DNA of 64,000 nucleotides from Dehalococcoidia bacterium (GTDB lineage Bacteria; Chloroflexota; Dehalococcoidia; UBA2979), in contig OZ253555.1 in assembly GCA_965262725.1 (NCBI GenBank), forward strand, positions 2,144,001-2,208,000. Reading direction: 5' to 3'. The notes beneath the pieces were generated by a model. That model was not told the DNA's origin and did no database searches. It was given only the letters and a program-made list of their open reading frames with translations. This document shows positions 37,575 to 45,233 of this stretch, piece by piece. Positions within the stretch are counted from its first letter, which is position 1. Each line of letters starts with the position of its first letter. Made by a program: the position numbers and the translations under genes.

Positions 37575-38051
37575 ATGACGACGACGGCGGAGCGGCGCGA
37601 GCAGATCGCGGACGGCCTGCGCACGAGCGCGGAGCGCGTGCGGGCGCTGCGCGATGAGATGGTGGCGGGCGGCGACAGGCCGCTGCTCCGGGGCGAGTGG
37701 AGCATCCGCGACGCGCTCAGCCACATCGCCGCGAGGTCCAACCCCGTCGCGCTCGTCCACCAGCGCATCGCCGAGCAGGGGCAGGAGCGCACGCTCACGG
37801 TCGACGAGATCAACCACGGCCAGGTCGAGGAGCGAAGCGACCTCACGGTCGCGGGGCTCGTCGACGAGATCCTCACCGGCGCGGAGGCCGCGCTGTCCGA
37901 GCTCGACACGCTCACGGACGACTTCCTCGATCAGACCGTGAAGGTCAGCTTCGGCCCCGGTGAGATGGCGGCGAGCGCGATCGTCCTCTTCGGGGGCCCC
38001 CGCCACTTCCTCGAGCACCTCGGCGACATCGAGGAGGCGCTCCGGGCATAG
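37575..38051 (+). CDS. DinB/maleylpyruvate-isomerase-N superfamily protein
   Basis: WSIRDALSHIA ... HFLEHLGDI; GGAGG RBS. Confidence 0.75.
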   Translation: MTTTAERREQIADGLRTSAERVRALRDEMVAGGDRPLLRGEWSIRDALSHIAARSNPVALVHQRIAEQGQERTLTVDEINHGQVEERSDLTVAGLVDEILTGAEAALSELDTLTDDFLDQTVKVSFGPGEMAASAIVLFGGPRHFLEHLGDIEEALRA

Positions 38052-38073
38052 CCGCCCCGGCCCCCGGGGCGGC
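38051..38073. terminator. Hairpin between convergent genes
   Basis: gccgccccgg-ccc-ccggggcggc, 10-bp stem. Confidence 0.45.
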
Positions 38074-38076
38074 CGG

Positions 38077-41000
38077 TCAGCCGGCGGCGGGGAGATCCTC
38101 CAGGCGTAGCGAGAGCACGCGCGACACGGAGTCCTCGCCCATCGAGATTCCGTAAATCGCATCGGCGTTCTCGATCGTGTGGCGGTTGTGCGAGACAACG
38201 ATGAACTGCGAGCGCGCCGTCAGCTCCCGCAGCGTCTCCACGAAGCGCTCGACGTTCGCCTCATCCAGCGCCGCGTCCACCTCGTCGAGCACGCAGACCG
38301 GCGCGGGATTCACCGAGAGCAACGCGAAGAGCAGCGCCACGGAGGTCATCGAGCGCTCTCCTCCCGAGAGCATCGCGAGGCTCGTGATGCGCTTGCCGGG
38401 AGGCTGCGCCGTGATCTCGACGCCCGGATCGGAATCGCCCGCCTCGGGCGGCTCCTCCACGCCGATGCCCGCTTCTGAGTCCTCGTCGCCCGCCGCTGCC
38501 GAGCGCTCCAGGCGCAGCTCGGCGCGGCCGCCTCCGAAGAAGCGCCGGAAGTACTCGCCGAACGCGGCGTTGACCTGCTCGAACGTCTCCGTGAAGCGGC
38601 GCCGGATCAACCGCCTGAGCTCGGCGATCGCGCCGCGCAGCTCGTGCTCCGCCGCCTCCAGGTCGCGGAGCTGCCCGGAGAGGAACTCGACGCGCTGGCG
38701 CTCCTCCTCGAGCTCGGCGAGCGCATCGACGTTGACGGGTCCGAGCGTGCGGATGCGGGCCCGCAGATCCGAGATGCGCTCGCGGAGCTCCTGAGTGTCG
38801 ATGGTCGTGCCGCCGCGGAGTGGCGGCATCGGCGGCGTGGCGGTCTCGGTTGCCGCCTCGCCCGGGGCGCTCTCGGTCGCGTCGTCATCCTCGTTCCGCT
38901 CGCCCGCGCCCGCGTCGAGCGACCCGTCGTCGAACTCCGACCTGGGCGGGTCGGCCGCGCCGTCGGGGAGCGGAGCGCGCACGTGTCCGCGCTCGTCGAC
39001 CACCATCCCCTCGTCCGCGATCTGCGAGAGAGACGTCTGAACGGCCTCCTCGTGTCGTGCGAGCTGCGCCTCCGCCTCGAGCAGGGCGCGCTCGGTGGCG
39101 AGCTGGCGCAGCTGCGCATCTGAGCGACGCGCCGTCACCTCGCGCTCCGTCTCCTCGACCTCGTCCAGCGCGCTCCGCGCCGGCCCGACGCGCGCGCTCG
39201 CCTCGGCGAGGAACTCGCGGGCACCCTCGAGCCGCTGCCCCAGGCCGGTGATCTGGAGCGCGAGATCCTCACGCTCCCGCCCGGCGGCCGCGAGCTGCTC
39301 GCGCCGCTCGGCGAGGAGCTCGCGGGCCCGGCGCTGCGCCGAGGTGCGCTCCTCGCGGCGTGCCTCGGCCGCCCGGCTCTCCCCCGCGAGGCTCGCGAGC
39401 GAGGCCTGCGCCGACGTGACCCGCTCGATCGCCAGGTCGCGCTCGGCGACAAGCGCCTGCGAGCGGTCGCGCAGCGCTTCGAGATCCCGGGCCACGGTCT
39501 CGACCTGCGTCTCCGTCTCGCGAAGGCGATCCTCGTAGCCGCCGTCGACCCGGGCGGCGGGCGCCCGGAGCGCCCCTCGGATGCCGCGGAGCTCCGCCGC
39601 GACCGGTGCGAAGCGGCGCCCGAGCGACTCCCGCTCGGCGTCCACGTCGCGGCGCTCTTGCTCTGAGCCCTCGATGGCGCGCCGGGCGGCATCGACGAGC
39701 GAGCGGGCGTCGGCCACGACGTCCTCCTGCCGCGTGAGCCGCGCGCGCGCCTCCTCGACCTCGTCGCGCGCCCGCTGCTGCTGCTCCGGAAGCTCGTCGA
39801 GCTCGCGCTTGAGCGAGAACTGCTCGCCGGCGGCGCCGCCGCGCCCGCCGAAGAGCGCTCCGCCCGGGCGCAGCAGGATGCCGTCCCGCGTCACGACGGA
39901 GCCGAGGCCCCGCGTCAGCATCCGCCGCGCCGTGGCGAGGTTCTCGACGACGATCGTGCGCCCGAGGAGCGCGTCGATGAGCGGGCGGTAGGCGCGCTCG
40001 GTGCGGACGAGGCGCGCCGCCACGCCGATGACCCCGCGCTCGTTGCGGAGGTTGAGCGGGGGCGAGCCGCCGATGCGGTCCAGGGGGTAGACCGTGGCGA
40101 ACCCGGCGCCGTGGTCGCGCAGGAACTCGAGCGCCTCGAGGGCCGCCTCGTCGTGCTCGACGACGATCGACCCGATCTGCTCGGCGAGCGCCGCCTCGAT
40201 GGCGTCCCCGAGGTCGTCCGGCACGCGGATCAGCTGGCCGACGGTTCCCACGATCGCAAGAAGCGGCTGCGGCTCCGGCGCCCCGCCCTCGCCCGTCGCG
40301 TGCCCCCCCGCCTGAAGCAGAGCCTGCGCTCCGGCGTCTGAGCCCGGGACCTGTTCCGAGAAGCGCTCGACGAGCCGCTGCCGCTCCTGGAGCTGCTCCA
40401 CCGACGCCTGGGCGTTCGCCAGCGCGGCCGTCATCCGAACGAACTGGAGCCGCTCATCCTCCAGCGCGCGCTCCACCGCGCCGCGCCGCCGTCGCGCTTC
40501 CTCGAGATCACGGGCGAGCGTCGCGGCGCGGGCCGTGAGTGCGCGCATGCGCGCCCCGTACTCGCGCGTGCGCTCGAGGAGCTCCGCGCGCCGCTCGAGT
40601 GCGTGCGTGCGATCGCGGTCCTCGCGCTCGGCGGCCTCTGCGTCTCGCGCCGCCCGCCGTCTGAGCTCGTCTCGCTCCGCCTCGTGCCGCGCGCGACGGG
40701 CCTCCGCCTCGGCGAGCTCGCGCAGGAGCGCCCGCGCCGACTCGTCGCTCGCCGCCAGCGCCTCCCGCTCGCGCTCGGCGAGCTCCCGGGCGGTCGCGTA
40801 GCGGCCCGAGAGTTCGCTCACCTCCTGCGCTTCCCGCTCGTCCCCGTCGGGGACCGCGTCCTGCTCGCTCAGGGCGCCGCCCAGCTCTCCGATGTCGCGC
40901 GAGAGCTCCGCGGCGCGCGCCGCGAGCAGCTCGTCGCGCTGCGTCACGAGCGCGTTCTCCTGCTCGAGCCCGCGCACCATCTCCCGGAGCGTCCGCTCGC

Positions 41001-41865
41001 TCGCCTCTCCCTCGGAGAGCGTGCGCATGAGCGTCCCCCGCTGCCGCTCGAGCGTCTGCGCGCGCTCCTCGATGGAGGTGAGCTCCTGGCGCGCCTGCGC
41101 GAAGGCCTCGCGGCGCTGATCGTGGTCGGCGCGGGTCGCGGCCAGCGCCTCCTGCGCCGTGCGCAGCTCCGTCTCGAGGTAGAGCGAGAGGACGTCCGAG
41201 AGTTCCCGCGCCAGCTCGCGGTAGCGCCGTGCGCGGCGTGACTGCCGCTCGAGCTGGCGGACGCGCGGCTCGATCTCGCGCAGCAGCAGCCGCACGCGGC
41301 CCAGGTTGTCGCGGGTCGCGGTGAGGCGGCGCGCCGCGAGCGCGAGCTGGTGGCGATGGCGCCCGAGATCGGCCGCCTCCTCGACGAGGCCCCGCCGCTC
41401 GCGGGGCCGGAGCGCCAGCACCTCGTCGACGAGCCCCTGCGACATCATGGCGTAGCTGTTCTGGCCGACCTGGGCGCGGCGGAAGAGGTCGAGCACGTCG
41501 CCGAGCCGGACGCGCTGCCCGTTGACGCGGTAATCGTTCTCGCCCGAGCGGTCGGCGCGGCGCGTGACGGCGACCTCGCCGTACTCGACGGGCATCCAGC
41601 CCTCGGCGTTGTCGAGGGTCAGCGTGACCTCGGCCGCGCCCAGCGGGCGCCGCTTGTCGGAGCCGCTGAAGATGACGTCCTCGGTGCGGCGCGCGCGGAT
41701 CTGGCGGGCCGACTGCTCTCCGAGCGCCCAGCGGATCGCGTCCGCGACGTTCGACTTGCCGGAGCCGTTGGGGCCGACCACGACGGTGATGCCGGGCCCG
41801 AACTCGAAGCGCTGGCGGTCGGCGAAGGCCTTGAAGCCGTGCAGCTCGAGCGAGCGCAGGTGCAT
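38077..41865 (-). CDS. smc: Chromosome segregation protein SMC
   Basis: GFKAF, GPNGSGKSN, hinge region, GPVN, LSGGE, LDEVDAALD. Confidence 0.96.
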   Translation of the reverse strand: MHLRSLELHGFKAFADRQRFEFGPGITVVVGPNGSGKSNVADAIRWALGEQSARQIRARRTEDVIFSGSDKRRPLGAAEVTLTLDNAEGWMPVEYGEVAVTRRADRSGENDYRVNGQRVRLGDVLDLFRRAQVGQNSYAMMSQGLVDEVLALRPRERRGLVEEAADLGRHRHQLALAARRLTATRDNLGRVRLLLREIEPRVRQLERQSRRARRYRELARELSDVLSLYLETELRTAQEALAATRADHDQRREAFAQARQELTSIEERAQTLERQRGTLMRTLSEGEASERTLREMVRGLEQENALVTQRDELLAARAAELSRDIGELGGALSEQDAVPDGDEREAQEVSELSGRYATARELAEREREALAASDESARALLRELAEAEARRARHEAERDELRRRAARDAEAAEREDRDRTHALERRAELLERTREYGARMRALTARAATLARDLEEARRRRGAVERALEDERLQFVRMTAALANAQASVEQLQERQRLVERFSEQVPGSDAGAQALLQAGGHATGEGGAPEPQPLLAIVGTVGQLIRVPDDLGDAIEAALAEQIGSIVVEHDEAALEALEFLRDHGAGFATVYPLDRIGGSPPLNLRNERGVIGVAARLVRTERAYRPLIDALLGRTIVVENLATARRMLTRGLGSVVTRDGILLRPGGALFGGRGGAAGEQFSLKRELDELPEQQQRARDEVEEARARLTRQEDVVADARSLVDAARRAIEGSEQERRDVDAERESLGRRFAPVAAELRGIRGALRAPAARVDGGYEDRLRETETQVETVARDLEALRDRSQALVAERDLAIERVTSAQASLASLAGESRAAEARREERTSAQRRARELLAERREQLAAAGREREDLALQITGLGQRLEGAREFLAEASARVGPARSALDEVEETEREVTARRSDAQLRQLATERALLEAEAQLARHEEAVQTSLSQIADEGMVVDERGHVRAPLPDGAADPPRSEFDDGSLDAGAGERNEDDDATESAPGEAATETATPPMPPLRGGTTIDTQELRERISDLRARIRTLGPVNVDALAELEEERQRVEFLSGQLRDLEAAEHELRGAIAELRRLIRRRFTETFEQVNAAFGEYFRRFFGGGRAELRLERSAAAGDEDSEAGIGVEEPPEAGDSDPGVEITAQPPGKRITSLAMLSGGERSMTSVALLFALLSVNPAPVCVLDEVDAALDEANVERFVETLRELTARSQFIVVSHNRHTIENADAIYGISMGEDSVSRVLSLRLEDLPAAG

Positions 41866-41866
41866 A

Positions 41867-42640
41867 TCAGCTCCCCGCCGCCTGCTGGGCGCGGAGGGAG
41901 AGCAGCGCCTCGCGCGCCGCCCCCTTCTCCGCCTGCTGCTTGCTCCACCCGTAGCCGGTGCCGGCCGGCTCACCGTCGAGGCGCACCTCGACCCCGTAGT
42001 AGCGCGCGTGCTCCGGCCCCTCCTCGGCGATGAGGACGTAGTCCGGGCGCACCCCCGCCCCCTGCGCGAGCTGCTGGAGAGCGCCCTTCGCGTTGAGCAG
42101 GTCGTCGTCGACGCCGAGCACCTCGAACTCGTCCGAGAGGCTCTCCCTGACGAAGGAGCACGCCGCGTCGAGCCCGCGGTCGAGCAGGACGGCGCCGACG
42201 AGCGCCTCGTAGGCGCGCTCGAGGTTGCCCTCGCGCTCGTGCCCGCCGGTCGACTTCTCACCCCGCCCCAGCCGCAGCGCCGGGCCGAGCCCGAGCGCGC
42301 GCGCGACGCGGGCGAGCGTCGGGCCGCAGACGAGCTGCGCGCGCCACTGGGTCAGGAGCCCCTCCTGCACGCCGGGGTGCCGGGCGAAGAGCTCGTCGGC
42401 GACCGCGAAGCCGAGCGCCGCGTCGCCGAGGAACTCGAGGCGCTCGTTCGACTCGCCTCCATCATCGGGGTGCTCGTTGACCCAGGAGGCGTGCGTGAGG
42501 GCCGTGGCCAGGAGGGCGCGGTCCGAGAACGAGAAGCCGACGCGGCTCTCGACCGCCGCCAGGGCGTCCCGCCCCTCCGCGGGGGCGCCGCCGCCCGGGG
42601 CCGCCGGATCGCATGCGGGGGCTCTCTCCTGGGCGAGCAC
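41867..42640 (-). CDS. rnc: Ribonuclease III
   Basis: ALTHAS, NERLEFLGDA, EALVGAVLLD, dsRBD with SKQQAE. Start approximate. Confidence 0.95.
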   Translation of the reverse strand: MLAQERAPACDPAAPGGGAPAEGRDALAAVESRVGFSFSDRALLATALTHASWVNEHPDDGGESNERLEFLGDAALGFAVADELFARHPGVQEGLLTQWRAQLVCGPTLARVARALGLGPALRLGRGEKSTGGHEREGNLERAYEALVGAVLLDRGLDAACSFVRESLSDEFEVLGVDDDLLNAKGALQQLAQGAGVRPDYVLIAEEGPEHARYYGVEVRLDGEPAGTGYGWSKQQAEKGAAREALLSLRAQQAAGS

Positions 42641-42803
42641 CGGCAACTCCCTGCCACGCCGGCCGCGCGCGTACGATCGGCTCGCACGCCGGGTCCCCGC
42701 CCGGGTGCGGCCGGCTGCTCGCACGCCGAGGGGGAGCTGCGACGCGTGGCTACCGCGATCGTAGGGAGAGCCGATCGGGGTGTCAATAATCGCTCACCCG
42801 CCT

Positions 42804-44069
42804 ATGCGCCCTACCCCGGTGAGGCTGCGCCGGGTCCTCGCCGAGGATCTCGGGCGGCTCCTCGACGCGGCGGTCGCCGCGGCGCTCGCCCGGGGGCTCG
42901 CGCTGTGGGCGGTCGGCGGGTGCGTGCGCGACGTCGCCCTGTCCGTCCCGCCCGGCGAGGTCGATCTCGCCGTCGACGGCGATGTGGAGCCGATCGCGAG
43001 GAGCGCGGCCGCGGCGCTCGGCCTCCCCCGGAGGGCCGTCCGTTTCGAGCCCCGCTTCGGCACCGCGTCGGTCGAACTTGCGGGCGGAGCCGGCCGGCTC
43101 GATCTCTCCCGGCTCCGCACCGAGCGCTACGCCCGGCCGGGCGCCCTCCCCGAGGTGCGGTTCTCCGCGACCATCGAGCAGGATCTCCGGCGGCGCGACT
43201 TCACGGTGAACGCGGTCGCCCTTCTCCTGAGCGCGCCGGGCGAGGGGCCGCGCGCGGGCGTCGTCGTCGACCCGCTCTCCGGCATCGCCGACCTCGAGGC
43301 CGGCGTGCTGCGCGCGCTCCACCCCCGCTCCTTCGCCGATGACGCGACGCGGATCTGGCGGGGGGCGCGCTACGCGGCGCGCTTCTCGCTTCGGCCCGAC
43401 CCCCCGACGAGGCGCCTGATCGAGGAGGGGGCGCGCCACCTGGCTCCAGTCTCGGGCCACCGGCTGTGGTCGGAGCTCGAACGGCTCGCCGGTGAACGCC
43501 GCGTGGGCGCCGCGCTCGCGCTCCTGGCCGGCTGGGGCGCGCTCTCCGGCACGCATCCCGGTCTGGGGGCGGAGGGAGGGGCGCTCCGCGCGCTGCGCCG
43601 GAGGCGGGGGCCGCTCCCCGCCGATCTCCTCGTCGCGCTCCTGCTCGCGGAGTCCCCCGCCCGGGCGCGTGCGGGCGTTCTGCGCCGCCTCTCCTCGCCG
43701 CGGGGGGCGCGCCTCGCCGTGGAGGGCGCCTCGACGCTGCTTGAGGCGGGCAGGCGGGACGAGAGCCCGCCCGAACCCGCGGAGCTCGAGCAGCTCGCCG
43801 CGACCACCGAGAGCGGGCGCCGGGCCGCGCGCTGGCTCGACCCGGGCCGCCAGCGGCCGCTGCAGCGGGAGCTGCGGCGCTGGGAGCGCACGAGCCCGCC
43901 CCTCGCGGCGCGGGAGCTGATGGCACTCGGCGTGGAGCGGGGGCCGGAGATCGGGCGATTGCTAGCCCTCTTGCGCCGCGAGCGCTACCTCGGCACGCTG
44001 CGGGGCGCGGCGCAGGCGCGGGCCCGGGTCCGATCCGAGCTCGACGCCGCGCGGCGCTCGGAGGGCTGA
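42804..44069 (+). CDS. tRNA nucleotidyltransferase/poly(A) polymerase family protein
   Basis: VGGCVRD, FGTA, RTERY, DLRRRDFTVNA, SFADDATRIWR. Confidence 0.88.
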   Translation: MRPTPVRLRRVLAEDLGRLLDAAVAAALARGLALWAVGGCVRDVALSVPPGEVDLAVDGDVEPIARSAAAALGLPRRAVRFEPRFGTASVELAGGAGRLDLSRLRTERYARPGALPEVRFSATIEQDLRRRDFTVNAVALLLSAPGEGPRAGVVVDPLSGIADLEAGVLRALHPRSFADDATRIWRGARYAARFSLRPDPPTRRLIEEGARHLAPVSGHRLWSELERLAGERRVGAALALLAGWGALSGTHPGLGAEGGALRALRRRRGPLPADLLVALLLAESPARARAGVLRRLSSPRGARLAVEGASTLLEAGRRDESPPEPAELEQLAATTESGRRAARWLDPGRQRPLQRELRRWERTSPPLAARELMALGVERGPEIGRLLALLRRERYLGTLRGAAQARARVRSELDAARRSEG

Positions 44070-44464
44070 TGGACGTGAGTGGTGCCGAGGCCTGCCCGGG
44101 GGGCGGCGTGCCCCCGGCCGGGTGTGCGATCTGCGGCCTGGCGGAGGAGGACCCGCGGCTGCTCGCGCCCTGCTACGGCTGCAGCCGCCCCTTCCATTTC
44201 AACCCCTTCGCGGGTCCCGGCGTCGACTGCGGCTCTGTCTGGGCCGGGAGTTCCCCCGACGACGGCTTCACCGGCCTCGAGTTCTACTGCGCCCCCTGCT
44301 TCGGGGAGCGGCACCCTGAGGCGGTCGCACCCGAACCCGTTCGGCTCCCGGCAATCGGTGCGGCCGGGGGAGAGGCGTCGGCTCGCGGCGAGGGACCGCC
44401 CCCCAGGCCGGAGCGTTCCCGGTGGCCCAGGCGCTACCGCAGGCGCGACGGGGGTGCTCCGTGA
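44069..44464 (+). CDS. Small Cys/His-rich zinc-finger protein
   Basis: CAIC-x12-CYGC-x4-H...C...CAPC; TGATG coupling to the upstream gene. Confidence 0.7.
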   Translation: MDVSGAEACPGGGVPPAGCAICGLAEEDPRLLAPCYGCSRPFHFNPFAGPGVDCGSVWAGSSPDDGFTGLEFYCAPCFGERHPEAVAPEPVRLPAIGAAGGEASARGEGPPPRPERSRWPRRYRRRDGGAP

Positions 44465-44757
44465 GCGACGCCTCCGGCCCACCGCCGCGACGCCGCCGTC
44501 CGGGGCGCGGTGCCCGCCGCGAGCGGCCGCCTCCAGCGCCCCCCGCGCCCGGCGGGCGCTGGTCCAGCCGGGCGCTCGTGCTTGCGCTCCTCGTTGGCGC
44601 CTGGGTGGGGCGTCAGGCGGCCATCCTGCCGGAGGCGGGGGAGCGGATCCTCGACCTCGCGATCGCGGTCGGGATCGCCGTGATGGTCGCGCTGAGCTAT
44701 CGGCGGCTCGCGCGCCGCTACCGGCGGCCCCGCTCCGGGCGATCGAGCCGGCGGTAG
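44461..44757 (+). CDS. Small two-TM membrane protein
   Basis: GTGA overlap with the upstream stop; two hydrophobic segments and a basic tail. Confidence 0.55.
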   Translation: MSDASGPPPRRRRPGRGARRERPPPAPPAPGGRWSSRALVLALLVGAWVGRQAAILPEAGERILDLAIAVGIAVMVALSYRRLARRYRRPRSGRSSRR

Positions 44758-45233
44758 AACCATCCGCACCCCTCGGGGGCGGCCTCCGGCGCGCCCTCCG
44801 CGCAGGGCGCGCCTCCCTCCGGGGGCTCGAGGAGGGGCCGGTATCCGGCGCGGAGCCAGAAGTAGACGCCGCGGCCGTTCCGGCGGGGGACGCTCGCGTA
44901 GACGGCCTGGGAGCCCTCACGGCCCAGGCGCCGCTCGGCGGCGAGCACCGCGCGGAGCCCAACGGCGCGTCCCCGCCGCTCGGGCGCGACCGCGACGGCG
45001 AGCACCGTCGCCGCCGACTTGCCGGGTCCCGGCGTGAGCACGAGCACGCCGGCCGTCTCACTCTCCTCCCGCACCAGCAGAAGCGTGGCCCCCGTCGGAC
45101 GCGGCGGGAGCGGTCCGTCGTAGCCGCGCGCCACCCCGTCGGCGAGCGCGCGCCGGAGGGGCGCTGAGTCCGGCAGCGCGTCGGCCTGGTGGAGCGAGAC
45201 GCCCTCCGCCTCCGACCAGGCGGCGAGGCTCAC
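44718..45233 (-). CDS. GNAT-family acetyltransferase
   Basis: VAVAPERRGRAVG, NGRGVYFWLRAGY; GTG overlaps the dinG stop. Confidence 0.75.
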   Translation of the reverse strand: MSLAAWSEAEGVSLHQADALPDSAPLRRALADGVARGYDGPLPPRPTGATLLLVREESETAGVLVLTPGPGKSAATVLAVAVAPERRGRAVGLRAVLAAERRLGREGSQAVYASVPRRNGRGVYFWLRAGYRPLLEPPEGGAPCAEGAPEAAPEGCGWFYRRLDRPERGRR

